Shown: positions 1-11,134 of the stretch, piece after piece
Layout of the letters: each line of letters begins with the position of its first letter
Numbering within the stretch: position 1 is the stretch's first letter
Assembly: GCF_018336915.1 (NCBI RefSeq)
Contig: NZ_CP064923.1
Span: forward strand, 3,360,001-3,392,000
DNA length: 32,000 bases
Direction of reading: 5' to 3'
DNA from: Acaryochloris marina S15
GTDB taxonomy: Bacteria > Cyanobacteriota > Cyanobacteriia > Thermosynechococcales > Thermosynechococcaceae
The notes under the pieces: generated by a model
Told to the model about the DNA's origin: nothing
Database searches by the model: none
Seen by the model: only the letters and a program-made list of their open reading frames with translations
Program-made: the position numbers and the translations under genes

Positions 1-191
1 CTAGGACATACATTTCTCGACTGCAAAAGCCAAGATATCGGCCAATAGTCTTTTTAACCACTGCCTCGCTTAGTAAAGGCAGTGGTTGTTATGCTGAACA
101 ACACACTTTTTTGAGCAACGGTGTTAGAAATTTGTTGTTCTTCGTTTGCTTGTTCGTAGTATGATTCACCAGCGATCAATTGTAGAATTAG

Positions 192-1232
<1,041 letters not shown>

Positions 1233-1285
1233 TTAACCCTTAGTTTGAGGTTAGCTGACAGTCTTACTCTTGTAGACTAGCGATT

Positions 1286-1305
1286 AATCTCAGCTGAGGT
1301 TTTTT
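1286..1305 (+). terminator. Weak intrinsic-terminator-like hairpin after ilvC
   Basis: AATCTC-AGCT-GAGGTT forms a 6-bp stem including one G-U pair. TTTT follows directly, ~55 nt after the ilvC stop. Confidence 0.3.
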
Positions 1306-1386
1306 AGTAGCTTGGCTGAATAGTGTTTGCTCCCTTCCAATTTTCAATTTCTGTAGGAAGAAACCAGGGTTTAAAACCTCAAGTTT

Positions 1387-1884
1387 TTAATATGCCCAAC
1401 TTGGGGTTTGGACTCTAGTGCACCAGCTTTGGAGTGCATTTTGTTGAAAGGTTGAGGTTTGAATTTTTTGCTGTCGCTGATAGAGGCTTGCAATTAGGTC
1501 GGCTTTACTTTCCGAATGCTTTTGTAACGCAGCTTGTAATTTAGATTGATGCAAAACCAAACACTGGCTGGCTTGAATTGTAGTGACAGTTGCAGAGGCT
1601 GGCTGGCTATCAAATAGGTTGATATCCCCAAAATGGGCTCCTCGTGAAAGCTCAGCCATCTTGATGTCATCTACGTGAATTTTGACTTTCCCTTCAACGA
1701 TGAAGAAAATCAGTCTTTCTCGATCCCCTTTATGGAGGATGGCTTGATTTTCCTCAAAAGTTTGCTCTTCCATTTCTGCCGCTAAACATTCTAAGAAAGC
1801 CTCATTCTCAATATTTTGTAGGAAATCGGTTGTCCTGAGAAATGCTAAGTGATTCACCACTGTTGGGCTAGTTTTGGAAAACAT
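1387..1884 (-). CDS. Cyclic-nucleotide-binding (cNMP/Crp-type) domain protein
   Basis: 165-aa ORF with a typical cNMP-binding beta-barrel pattern (ILHKGDRERLIFFIVEGKVKI ... LSRGAHFGDINLF ... ATVTT). No DNA-binding domain follows it. Confidence 0.75.
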   Translation of the reverse strand: MFSKTSPTVVNHLAFLRTTDFLQNIENEAFLECLAAEMEEQTFEENQAILHKGDRERLIFFIVEGKVKIHVDDIKMAELSRGAHFGDINLFDSQPASATVTTIQASQCLVLHQSKLQAALQKHSESKADLIASLYQRQQKIQTSTFQQNALQSWCTRVQTPSWAY

Positions 1885-2354
1885 ACTTAAGAAAGTGATA
1901 CTTGAAAAGTTTCTATGCTCCCTAGTATCTTCTTTCTGATGAGGAGCATCGACCGTATAACCACTGATTCTTGTGTTTTTTATTCTTTAACCAGTAGTTA
2001 AATTGAAGATACAAGTAAAGCAGAGTGTAACGGAAAGGTAGATACGGCAAGCACTAGCGCATATTTAGGATGAGTGGTGCCGAGCTGCTCAAAATGACTA
2101 GATAATGGTGATGTTTCATCTCATCAACTAACCCTATGACCGTAAAATTACTGAGTATTGGAACAATAATTGCATCAGCACCGATGCAAAATTCATTACA
2201 GTCCATCTTCTTGCGGAATCAAGAGGTTGAGCCGAAAAGCTATGAACTTAATTTTGTTCATCTGCTGATCAATAGGACTTAAGAAGCCTTTTTGAGATCG
2301 ATCCAATACAATAGCTGTAAGTCTAACGATAACCTGGGGATACTCAGTTCCTAT

Positions 2355-2564
2355 ATGGCACCAAGACGACGAGCTAAGCGTAAACGGCTCTTTCAGCAAT
2401 CTCGACTAACACGCTCCAATAAACCCCGATGTGTGGTTTGTGAGGAAGAATTTGATTCCCCAACCCTTAGTGTTCAGCTTGGTAAAGGACGGGCTCATCT
2501 TCTCTGTGCAGGACTCGCTAGGATAGGATTAAAAGGCCTAGCCCGCTCTTCTGGGCGCTGGTAA
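2355..2564 (+). CDS. Hypothetical small protein with Arg/Lys-rich N-terminus and CxxC...C
   Basis: Internal ATG of track ORF 2292..2564 gives 69 aa (MAPRRRAKRKRLFQQ...CVVCEEEF...HLLC). There is no convincing SD and no recognisable family, so it may not be expressed. Confidence 0.2.
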   Translation: MAPRRRAKRKRLFQQSRLTRSNKPRCVVCEEEFDSPTLSVQLGKGRAHLLCAGLARIGLKGLARSSGRW

Positions 2565-2784
2565 GGCTGCTCCTAGCGTCCTGATCCTGGGTTTATGAAT
2601 TTTTTAGAGGATGTGATGGTTTCTAGCTCTTTCTGTCCATCCTAATGACAATTGCTGTGGGGTTAAAAATCTTCAAATCAATAGCACTTTAGCTGTTCAG
2701 TGAGTTTCCACTTTCTTGCTTTGGCAAAGATGGCAGGTTCCTTTGAACGCTTGACCTCGGTAACCATTCTTTCTTCTTCGGTAT

Positions 2785-4158
2785 ATGAATCAATTATTCA
2801 AGCTCCGTTCGATGACTCGTAGCCATGGAATTTGGAAAAGTGTTGTTTTAGTTCCTGCAACAGCCATCACCTTTTTTCAACCTTGTTTAACGAGTGAAGC
2901 CCAAGCCACCCTTGAAGATAGTCCGAAGGTCGTCTTGGATGAAGCTTGGCAGTTGGTCAACCGCTACTATGTTGACGGTACGTTTAATCAGAAGGATTGG
3001 CAGGCAACACGTCAGACTTTGTTAAGTGATCAGTATGCCTCTAAGCAGCATGCCTATTCTGCGCTCCGTAAAGCCTTAGCAGTATTGGATGATCCCTATA
3101 CACGGTTCATGTCTCCCCAAGAGTTTAAGGCGCTAACAACACAGACTTCAGGTCAGTTGTCTGGCATTGGTATTCGGTTAGAGCAGAATGAGACTACAAA
3201 TGCAATTACAATCATTAAGCTTTTGCCTAACGCCCCTGCATTAAAGGCTGGCTTAAAGGTTGGAGATCGTATTGTTGCTATTGATGGCAACAATACTGAT
3301 GTCATGGATCTCAAAGATGCTTCCAGCTTAATTCGAGGAGAGATTGATACTGCGGTCAAGCTACGGATTAGTAGAGCTGGGCAAGATCCCTTTGACATGG
3401 ATATTACCCGAGATGTGATTGAACTCCCTACGGTACATACCAAAGTCAAACAGGAAGGGAATAATCGCGTTGGCTACATTCGTTTGCTGGAGTTTAGTGC
3501 ACATGCCTCCGAGCAAATGAAAACGGCGATCGAAGAACTTGAGGCTCAAAAGGTCGATGGCTTTGTGCTCGACTTAAGGGGGAATCCGGGAGGACTACTT
3601 AATGCCAGTATCGAGATTGCTGAAATGTGGCTCAATCGAGGATTTATTGTTCACACCATTGATCGGAAGGGCAAGCAAGATGATATTCGGGCACATCCCA
3701 CTGCGCTGACAAAGCGCCCCTTGGTAGTTTTGGTTGATGGAGATTCTGCCAGTTCTAGCGAAATTTTAACAGGCGCTTTACAAGATAACCATCGAGCAAA
3801 AGTGATTGGAACGTCAACGTTTGGGAAGGCTTTAGTTCAATCTGTCCACAAACTATCAGATGGCTCAGGAATCGCGATTACGGTGTCGCAGTATTTCACC
3901 CCAAATGGGACTGATATTAGCCATACAGGTATTACTCCCGATATTCCTGTGAAGCTCACTCCGGAACAATTGCAAACTCTTTACTCAGATCCAAGTCAAC
4001 TGGCTACTTTTAATGATCCTCAATATATGCAGGCGATCCGAAGTCTGCAGCAATCCATTCATTCACATAATGGGCAGAATCAAAATTCTGTAGCAGTGCC
4101 CAAGCAGAACATAAAAACTGAATCGGTTAATCATGCTCAGGCAGATCCTACGAAGTGA
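2785..4158 (+). CDS. Carboxyl-terminal processing protease (S41 family, CtpA/B/C type) with PDZ domain
   Basis: 457-aa ORF with an N-terminal hydrophobic signal/anchor. It has a PDZ segment (GIGIRL...LPNAPALKAGLKVGDRIVAIDG) and S41 catalytic-region motifs (LDLRGNPGGLL, DGDSASSSEIL, GTSTFGKALVQ). I cannot assign the paralogue (A/B/C). An alternative start is the ATG at 2812. Confidence 0.92.
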   Translation: MNQLFKLRSMTRSHGIWKSVVLVPATAITFFQPCLTSEAQATLEDSPKVVLDEAWQLVNRYYVDGTFNQKDWQATRQTLLSDQYASKQHAYSALRKALAVLDDPYTRFMSPQEFKALTTQTSGQLSGIGIRLEQNETTNAITIIKLLPNAPALKAGLKVGDRIVAIDGNNTDVMDLKDASSLIRGEIDTAVKLRISRAGQDPFDMDITRDVIELPTVHTKVKQEGNNRVGYIRLLEFSAHASEQMKTAIEELEAQKVDGFVLDLRGNPGGLLNASIEIAEMWLNRGFIVHTIDRKGKQDDIRAHPTALTKRPLVVLVDGDSASSSEILTGALQDNHRAKVIGTSTFGKALVQSVHKLSDGSGIAITVSQYFTPNGTDISHTGITPDIPVKLTPEQLQTLYSDPSQLATFNDPQYMQAIRSLQQSIHSHNGQNQNSVAVPKQNIKTESVNHAQADPTK

Positions 4159-4224
4159 ATTAGCTAGGACTGTTCTGCAATTTTAGTATTAGGCAATCCA
4201 GAAATGGGTAGAAAATCCCAACAG

Positions 4225-4272
4225 TCGCTGTGCAAAGGCCTATTCGAATGTATATATTCTGTTGCACAGCGA
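4225..4272. terminator. 11-bp inverted repeat between convergent genes (possible bidirectional terminator)
   Basis: TCGCTGTGCAA (4225-4235) pairs with TTGCACAGCGA (4262-4272) around a 26-nt loop. It sits between the ctp and psb28 stop codons. No clear U-tract is present. Confidence 0.3.
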
Positions 4273-4315
4273 AGTGACTTGACGGAAAGGTGATTCGTTG
4301 AGTAATAACTGCTAC

Positions 4316-4651
4316 CTAAGCTTTTGAAAACCCTAGACCGTGGGATTCTGCATAACGATTCATAAATCTCATGAATCGGTTCCATTCTTCCTCAGATCTC
4401 ATATCGTAGTTGGCTTCAATCGCGTGAGGTTTACCATTTACGAATTTTGCGTTCACGTCTATAGTGGATAACTCTCCTTCCTCATCTAGCAAATACATAC
4501 CCATGACATCCAATTTCCCTTCTTGGATCAGATTTGGGTTTTCGAAGTAAAAAATAGCTCGGCCTGAAGTACCATCTTTAGCTCGCGTTAACCGTACGTC
4601 AGGGATGACCTCTTCATCAACGCCCCGGATAAACTGAATTGCTGCTGACAT
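4316..4651 (-). CDS. psb28: Photosystem II assembly protein Psb28
   Basis: 111-aa [39 protein letters not shown]... matches the conserved Psb28 (Psb13/Ycf79) N-terminus and length. Confidence 0.93.
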   Translation of the reverse strand: MSAAIQFIRGVDEEVIPDVRLTRAKDGTSGRAIFYFENPNLIQEGKLDVMGMYLLDEEGELSTIDVNAKFVNGKPHAIEANYDMRSEEEWNRFMRFMNRYAESHGLGFSKA

Positions 4652-4887
4652 AATGTGAGTTGAATATTTTAAGAACAGTTAAGTTGTCTTTAACTATACT
4701 CACATACTCGACCTTAATGTTCCATAGAAGCCACCAATAAGCATGCAAGTCTTTGCCAATATTGGCCTGTTAGAAATTAGGCCATAGAGGGTAATCATAG
4801 ACAAACTTTTTCGCCCCAATTTGAGCTTCTGTCGGCCTAGAGGGCCTTCCCAATAGTGTTACGGGTATCGCTAAATTTTTAGGTGAG

Positions 4888-5715
4888 TTACAGGATTTTC
4901 TCCAAGCCGTAAATCAGAGTTTGTAACTGGGTAACTTTGCGAATGGAGAGCAAAACACCGGGCATATAGCAAGCACGATCGCTTGTGTCATGCCGCAGGG
5001 TATAGAGTTGACCCGGGGCACCAAATAGGACTTCCTGATGAGCTATTAATCCAGGCAGCCGAATACTATGAATTCGAATATTCTCGCTACCTAAACTGCC
5101 CCTAGCTCCTGCTAAATGCTCTTGTTCTTCGACGAGGGCGGGGTTATAGGTTTTACCCAAGTCACCGAGTAGCTGAGCAGTTTTAACGGCGGTTCCACTG
5201 GGTGCATCTGCTTTTTGATTGTGGTGGAGTTCAATAATTTCAACATGGTCAAAATATTGAGAAGCTTGAACGGCTGCCTGTTGTAACAGCACCATGCCAA
5301 TGGAGAAGTTGGGAATAACCAAACAGCCCATACTGGCTTTTTCAGTAAATTCGATCAGATCGTTCATCTGCTTATCACTGAGTCCGGTGGTGCCGATCAC
5401 GGGAAATACACCATATGCGATCGCAGATCTAATATTGCGGTAAACAGAGCTGGGATGGGTAAAGTCCACCATGACACAGGGCTGTTTTTCTTGAGCTGCT
5501 GCCGCCAAAACCGGTTCGAGTTCGTTGGTCAGTTCAATATTTAAAGTTTCAAGGCCAACCAGTTCTCCCGCATCTAAACTAAACACTTCAGGATTGTGGT
5601 CAACGGCAGCGTAGAGTCTCAAATCATCCGCCTGAACCACGGCTTTGATCACTTCCCGCCCCATTTTGCCAGCGGCTCCAGTGACGATAACGGGAGTTGG
5701 CGTTGCATTTGTCAT
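4888..5715 (-). CDS. dapB: 4-hydroxy-tetrahydrodipicolinate reductase
   Basis: 275-aa ORF with the NAD(P)-binding motif [14 protein letters not shown], plus FSIGMVLL and [15 protein letters not shown], all typical DapB motifs. Confidence 0.95.
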   Translation of the reverse strand: MTNATPTPVIVTGAAGKMGREVIKAVVQADDLRLYAAVDHNPEVFSLDAGELVGLETLNIELTNELEPVLAAAAQEKQPCVMVDFTHPSSVYRNIRSAIAYGVFPVIGTTGLSDKQMNDLIEFTEKASMGCLVIPNFSIGMVLLQQAAVQASQYFDHVEIIELHHNQKADAPSGTAVKTAQLLGDLGKTYNPALVEEQEHLAGARGSLGSENIRIHSIRLPGLIAHQEVLFGAPGQLYTLRHDTSDRACYMPGVLLSIRKVTQLQTLIYGLEKIL

Positions 5716-5858
5716 GGTTGAACTGCTCGATTGACCTACTGATTTGACTTTATCAATATAGAGGCCATTCTGAATTGAGAGGCATAAAAAATATGACGGC
5801 TGATCTCTGACTCGAGTTGTCCCTCGTTATAGTAGATTTGAACGGTTAACATTGAAGT

Positions 5859-8516
5859 TTGAGATTGCCTGTGCCTGTAGCTGTTGAATCGCTAATTACG
5901 CCTGACATTATGAAGCCCGCTCGTTACCTAGGTAACGAGTTAGGCGCTGTGCATAAGGCTTGGGATACGGCTGCCGTGCGGTGGGTATTGACCTACCCCG
6001 AAGTGTACGAAGTCGGGGCATCTAACCTTGGGCATATTATTCTCTACAACATTTTGAACGCCCAGCCGCGACAATTGTGCGATCGCGCCTATCTCCCGGC
6101 TGCGGATTTAGCCGCCAAATTGCGAGAGACCGAAACGCCACTCTTTGCCGTTGAGACCAAGCGCTCCCTGGCTGACTATGACATTTTGGGCTTTAGCCTC
6201 AGCTATGAACTCGGTGCTACCAATATTCTAGAGATGCTGGATCTTGCTGAAATCCCCTTAACTTGGCAAGAACGCAATGAAGCAGATTGGGGTAAGGCAA
6301 ACATTGCCACCTATCCACTGATTTTTGCTGGGGGGCAGACCGCCACATCTAATCCCGAGCCCTATGCAGATTTCTTCGATTTCGTGGCCTTGGGGGATGG
6401 CGAAGAGCTACTCCCTGAAATCGGCTTGATTTTAGAAGAAGGCAAAGCCCAAGGGTTAAGCCGTCAAGCCGTTTTGTTAGACTTAGCCCAAATCCCTGGC
6501 GTTTATGTGCCTCAGTTTTACGATATGGCTGACGATGGGGCAGTCCATCCTAACCGCCCTGATGTGCCTAAACGAGTCTTACGGCGGGTGGCTGATCCTA
6601 TGCCTGCCTACTCCATTGGCTTGGTCCCCTACGTTCAGACTGTCCATGATCGTCTGACGATTGAAGTGCGGCGGGGCTGTACCCGTGGTTGTCGTTTTTG
6701 CCAGCCAGGCATGCTGACCCGCCCCGCTCGGGATGTTGAACCGGAACAGGTGGTGGATGCCATTGAGACGGGAATGCGAGAGACGGGGTATAACGAGTTT
6801 TCGCTCTTGTCCCTGAGCTGTTCAGACTATTTAGCACTCCCCTCTGTAGGGATGGAAATCAAGAATCGACTAAAAGATGAAAATGTCTCCCTGTCTTTGC
6901 CGAGTCAGCGGGTGGATCGGTTTGATGAAGATATTGCCAATATTATTGGTGGAACTCGCAAGACGGGCTTGACCTTTGCCCCCGAGGCCGGCACTCAGCG
7001 GATGCGGGACATCATCAATAAGGGCCTCACCAATGAGGAGCTGTTGCGGGGGATTAAAACTGCCCATGAACAGGGCTGGAGCAAGGTCAAACTCTATTTC
7101 ATGATTGGCTTACCCGGCGAGACGGATGTCGATGTCTTAGGCATCGCTGAAACGATTCGGTGGCTGCGCCGAGAATGCCAAGGTCAAGGCAAGCGACGTC
7201 TTAACTTCAACATCACCATTTCTAACTTCACCCCTAAACCCCATACCCCGTTTCAGTGGCATTCCGTGTCTACCCAGGAATTCCAGCGTAAGCAAGATCT
7301 CCTGCGGGCTGAGTTTAGGCGCTTAAAAGGGGTGAAGGTAAACTTCACGGATGTGCGGATTTCGGCAATGGAAGATTTTGTCGGCCGAGGCGATCGCCGC
7401 TTGGCTCCGGTGGTTAAACGAGCCTGGGAACTCGGGGCTGGCATGGATTCCTGGTGGGAGAATTTAGGTCAGGCATTTGAGGCATGGACCGATGCGATCG
7501 CAGAAGCGAATCTCACCTGGAAATATCGCCAAGTCGAACAAGGAGAATGGAATCTATTTGATCTTTCATCTCTGAACAACGAAGCCTCTTCACAGAATAT
7601 TCCTCAACCTCTCCAGAATTTAGACACGTCCTTACCTTGGGACCATCTGGATACAGGCATCGATAAACAATGGTTGCAAGACGATCTTAAGCGAGCCTTA
7701 GAAGCAGCGACTGTCCCTGATTGTTCCTTCGAGGGTTGCTCTCACTGCGGGGTCTGTAGCGTTGATTTTGGTCATAACGTCGTTATTCCACCTCAACCGA
7801 TTCCTGCTTTTGACGGCAACTTCGTTCCCAACCAAGATCGTGTTCAACGCATTCGGGTCTGGTTCGGTAAGCAAGGAGATATGGCATTGGTTAGCCATCT
7901 TGATTTACTGCGACTATTGGACCGTATTGTGCGGCGAGCTCAAATTCCTATCGCTTACACGGGAGGATTTCATCCCAGTCCTCGAATTGCCCCAGCTAAC
8001 GCCTTGATGTTAGGGGCCACCAGTTCAGGTGAGATCGTCGATTTTGAGCTAACGGAATGCGTCAATATTGAGACCTTTCGACAAACGCTAGATACGTTTT
8101 TGCCTACTGACATCCCTATCTATAAAGCTGAAGTCATTGATCTCAAAGCGTCCTCTGCCACTCAATCGGTAGGGCAAGCTGAATATTTGCTAACCGTCAC
8201 AGCCAGCGATGACTCATCCATCGATGCTGAGCAATGGCAAATCTGGCTCGATCAAATCTGGGAGGCAAAAGAAATTTTGTTTGAGCAAACGACCAAATCT
8301 GGGAAAAAGAAAGTGGTCAATTTGCGTGATCGCCTTTTCTCCTTGAATTTGGGTTCAGTTAATCCAACTCAAATAAACTATATTGGCAGTTGCCGTAATG
8401 ATGGGACTATCCTGCGCCCAGAGCATCTTATGTTTATGTTGGAGCAGATCAGCGAACAACAGATAGTATTGGCACAAATTCATCGCTGCCAGTTAATTCT
8501 GTCAAATATGTCATAA
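5859..8516 (+). CDS. Fused radical SAM protein (TIGR03960-like N-terminal part plus TIGR03936/DUF2344-like C-terminal part)
   Basis: 885-aa ORF. KPARYLGNE...YPEVYEVGASNLGHIILYNILN is the family N-terminus. The CxxxCxxC radical-SAM cluster motif is CTRGCRFC. The C-terminal ~230 aa (RIRVWFGKQGDMALVSHLDLLRLLDRIVRRAQIPIAYTGGFHP) matches the DUF2344 module. The track start is TTG at 5859. The first in-frame ATG (17 codons later, MKPARY) is an alternative. Confidence 0.85.
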   Translation: MRLPVPVAVESLITPDIMKPARYLGNELGAVHKAWDTAAVRWVLTYPEVYEVGASNLGHIILYNILNAQPRQLCDRAYLPAADLAAKLRETETPLFAVETKRSLADYDILGFSLSYELGATNILEMLDLAEIPLTWQERNEADWGKANIATYPLIFAGGQTATSNPEPYADFFDFVALGDGEELLPEIGLILEEGKAQGLSRQAVLLDLAQIPGVYVPQFYDMADDGAVHPNRPDVPKRVLRRVADPMPAYSIGLVPYVQTVHDRLTIEVRRGCTRGCRFCQPGMLTRPARDVEPEQVVDAIETGMRETGYNEFSLLSLSCSDYLALPSVGMEIKNRLKDENVSLSLPSQRVDRFDEDIANIIGGTRKTGLTFAPEAGTQRMRDIINKGLTNEELLRGIKTAHEQGWSKVKLYFMIGLPGETDVDVLGIAETIRWLRRECQGQGKRRLNFNITISNFTPKPHTPFQWHSVSTQEFQRKQDLLRAEFRRLKGVKVNFTDVRISAMEDFVGRGDRRLAPVVKRAWELGAGMDSWWENLGQAFEAWTDAIAEANLTWKYRQVEQGEWNLFDLSSLNNEASSQNIPQPLQNLDTSLPWDHLDTGIDKQWLQDDLKRALEAATVPDCSFEGCSHCGVCSVDFGHNVVIPPQPIPAFDGNFVPNQDRVQRIRVWFGKQGDMALVSHLDLLRLLDRIVRRAQIPIAYTGGFHPSPRIAPANALMLGATSSGEIVDFELTECVNIETFRQTLDTFLPTDIPIYKAEVIDLKASSATQSVGQAEYLLTVTASDDSSIDAEQWQIWLDQIWEAKEILFEQTTKSGKKKVVNLRDRLFSLNLGSVNPTQINYIGSCRNDGTILRPEHLMFMLEQISEQQIVLAQIHRCQLILSNMS

Positions 8517-8672
8517 CTCAAACTTGACAATATCCATTCTGCATTTGGGGGTAATCTGAAAAAGTAAGAGCCATGATTGAAATGTATGAATAATACGAAG
8601 CCCAAATAAACCTCATATACGCCTTACTAGTTGATGTCTTGAGTTTGGAACTGCTCTACCCCCATACCTGAA

Positions 8673-9809
8673 ATGAAAAATCTTCGTATTGCTTGGCTTT
8701 TAACTTCAGCAGCTGACTACTGGCATCCGATGCTCAAAAGCCTCTCAGATATAAACCCTGATACTCAGGCATTTGTGGCAAATTGGAGAGGATTTGCACC
8801 CGGATATGAAAATGCCTTCAAAGTTGACATTGTCGGTGAACGAAAGGTTGTTGCCTTACGAAAATCAACGGCTAGTTACGGCGACAATTTCACGGTCATG
8901 CCCCTAAATATTGTCAATCGCTTACTAAAATTTAAGCCTGACGTTATCTTCTGCAACTCCTTTGGCGTTTGGACTATCCTGGCACTCTTGTCTAAACCCA
9001 TCGGCAAATGGCGGGTCGTGATTGCCTATGAAGGCAGTTCACCAGGCGTTGATTATCGTAATTCGAGCCTTCGATTATCTATTCGCAAAGCGATGGTCCA
9101 GGCAGCGGATGCCTGTATTACCAATAGTCATGCTGGCAAGAAATATTTAGAAGAATTCCTCGCAGCGTCTGCTGAGCTCGTTCATTTACATCCTTATGAG
9201 GTGCCGTCCGGCAATGCCCTCCAAGCCTCTTCGGCAGGGGAAGATTTAAGTCATCTTGAGTTTAAACGACCCATTTTTATATTTGTTGGAAGTGTCAGTG
9301 TTCGCAAAGGGATTTCTTTACTCCTCAAAGCTTGTGACGCTTTAGTCCAAGCCGGGTGTCAGCCTTTTACAGTGATGATTGTGGGAGATGGCGATCAGCG
9401 GCAAGAATTGGAGGAATATTGCCACACTCATAGCTTAGAAGACTACATCCAATGGATAGGAAAAGTCGATTATCAGAAATTAGGGGCTTATTTTGATTAT
9501 GCAGATATATTCGTATTACCGACTTTGGAAGACACATGGGGGATGGTTGTCTTAGAATCCATGGCTGTAGGTAAGGCCATTCTTTGCTCCCAGTTCGCTG
9601 GAGCCTCGGAGCTGGTAGCAAATGATGATAATGGCTATATATTCGATCCCAATGATACAAATGCGTTTGCATCTGTAATGAAGAAGTTTGTAGATGATCC
9701 ATCCTTAAGTCAGCGTATGGGAGAACGATCATCACAAATCATGGCTCAATATACTCCTGAAGCCGCAGCAGAATTCCTTGCTAGCGTTGCTAAAGGCACA
9801 TTGCAATAA
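8673..9809 (+). CDS. Glycosyltransferase, GT4 (GT-B fold) family
   Basis: 378-aa ORF. The C-terminal half has the GT4 signature (FIFVGSVSVRKGI...VMIVGDGDQR...ADIFVLPTLEDTWGMVVLESMAVGKAILCS). Confidence 0.85.
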   Translation: MKNLRIAWLLTSAADYWHPMLKSLSDINPDTQAFVANWRGFAPGYENAFKVDIVGERKVVALRKSTASYGDNFTVMPLNIVNRLLKFKPDVIFCNSFGVWTILALLSKPIGKWRVVIAYEGSSPGVDYRNSSLRLSIRKAMVQAADACITNSHAGKKYLEEFLAASAELVHLHPYEVPSGNALQASSAGEDLSHLEFKRPIFIFVGSVSVRKGISLLLKACDALVQAGCQPFTVMIVGDGDQRQELEEYCHTHSLEDYIQWIGKVDYQKLGAYFDYADIFVLPTLEDTWGMVVLESMAVGKAILCSQFAGASELVANDDNGYIFDPNDTNAFASVMKKFVDDPSLSQRMGERSSQIMAQYTPEAAAEFLASVAKGTLQ

Positions 9810-9824
9810 AGGTGATTTCTGCTA

Positions 9825-11069
9825 ATGTCTCAACGCTTGAATGTGTTGATTTCTGCTTATGCCTGCCGACCCCATGAAGGATCTGAGCCTGGAGTGGGTT
9901 GGAATTTGGTGCTTGAATTATCCAAGTACCATCGTATTTGGGTATTAACTCGAGGAAATAATCAAGTCCCTATAGACACTGAACTCAGTCAACATCCTGT
10001 TGCAGATCTCAACTTTATCTATTGTGAACCATCGCAAGTTCTAGCCAAGCTGAATCAAAACCTCAGAATTGTTCACCTACACTATTATCTCTGGCAGTTA
10101 AAAGCCTACTGGGTAGCCAAAAAATTACATGAAGAAGTCAATTTCGATATTGTCCACCATGTGACTTATGTTCGATATTCAACCCCAAGCTTTCTGTCTT
10201 TCTTACCCCCTCCTTTCATTTGGGGGCCGGTAGGTGGCGGAGAAACCACGCCTGATAAGTTTTGGCAAAGTTTCAGCCTTCGGGGAAAGATCTATGAAAT
10301 CCTTCGTGATTCTGCCCGTCGACTAGGAGAAGTAGATCCTTTTGTCCATCAGACAGCTGTAAGAAGTTCCCTTGCCCGAGGTACCACCCAAGATACCGTG
10401 GATCGGCTAAAGGCTCTCGGTGCTTCTGAAGTAGAGGTTTATTCGCAATTAGGATTGTCTACAAGCGAAATTGCCACATTAAACCTCAAATCGAATAATC
10501 ATAAGCGGACAACGCGATTTGTCAGTATTGGGCGTTTACTACATTGGAAAGGGTTTCACTTGGGGTTGCAGGCCTTTGCACAAGCTAATTTACCTGAAGA
10601 TACCGAATATTGGATTATTGGTGATGGCCCTGAACGTCAACATTTACAACAACTAGCAACAACACTTCAAATTGATCACCAAGTTAAATTCTGGTCTCAA
10701 CTCTCTCGAGAAGAAACTCTTAATAAGTTAGGGGAATGCTTGGCATTGATCCACCCGAGTTTGCATGAGTCTGGTGGTCTTGTATGTCTGGAAGCAATGG
10801 CTGCAGGGTGCCCAGTCATATGTCTGAACATAGGAGGTCCAGCCATTCATGTAACGGAAGAAACGGGTTTCAAAATTTCTGTACAAACTCCACAACAGGT
10901 CATTGATGATTTAGCAGCTGCCATGGTACAAATTTCTGGAGATTCAGATCTTTGGCAACGCTGTAGTCAGGCGGGTCAAGAGCGTGCTCAGACCCAGTTT
11001 AGCTGGGAAAGTAAAGGGTTGGCTCAAGCTCAGCTTTACCAAGAACTCTTGGAAGCCGCTTACCCATAA
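9825..11069 (+). CDS. Glycosyltransferase, GT4 family
   Basis: 414-aa ORF starting 15 nt after the previous stop. Motifs are GSEPGVGWN at the N-terminus and FVSIGRLLHWKGFHL...IIGDGPER...IHPSLHESGGLVCLEAMAAGCPVIC (E-x7-E type). Confidence 0.85.
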   Translation: MSQRLNVLISAYACRPHEGSEPGVGWNLVLELSKYHRIWVLTRGNNQVPIDTELSQHPVADLNFIYCEPSQVLAKLNQNLRIVHLHYYLWQLKAYWVAKKLHEEVNFDIVHHVTYVRYSTPSFLSFLPPPFIWGPVGGGETTPDKFWQSFSLRGKIYEILRDSARRLGEVDPFVHQTAVRSSLARGTTQDTVDRLKALGASEVEVYSQLGLSTSEIATLNLKSNNHKRTTRFVSIGRLLHWKGFHLGLQAFAQANLPEDTEYWIIGDGPERQHLQQLATTLQIDHQVKFWSQLSREETLNKLGECLALIHPSLHESGGLVCLEAMAAGCPVICLNIGGPAIHVTEETGFKISVQTPQQVIDDLAAAMVQISGDSDLWQRCSQAGQERAQTQFSWESKGLAQAQLYQELLEAAYP

Positions 11070-11134
11070 CCTAATGATTTCCCTCACAGATTGATGCATT
11101 TTGCCCTCCAGCAGGTAGAGAGTCGCTTTTTCTG

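Noticed and set aside
56-87. 11-bp-stem hairpin AACCACTGCCT...AGGCAGTGGTT upstream of ilvC, considered as a terminator of an upstream gene
   Set aside because: The T-run precedes rather than follows the stem on the plus strand, and A's follow it on the minus strand. The upstream gene is outside the window, so orientation and role cannot be established.
2196-2399. 67-aa minus-strand ORF in the 1885-2784 gap
   Set aside because: It has no SD and no recognisable features, and it overlaps the equally weak plus-strand ORF. I treat it as chance.
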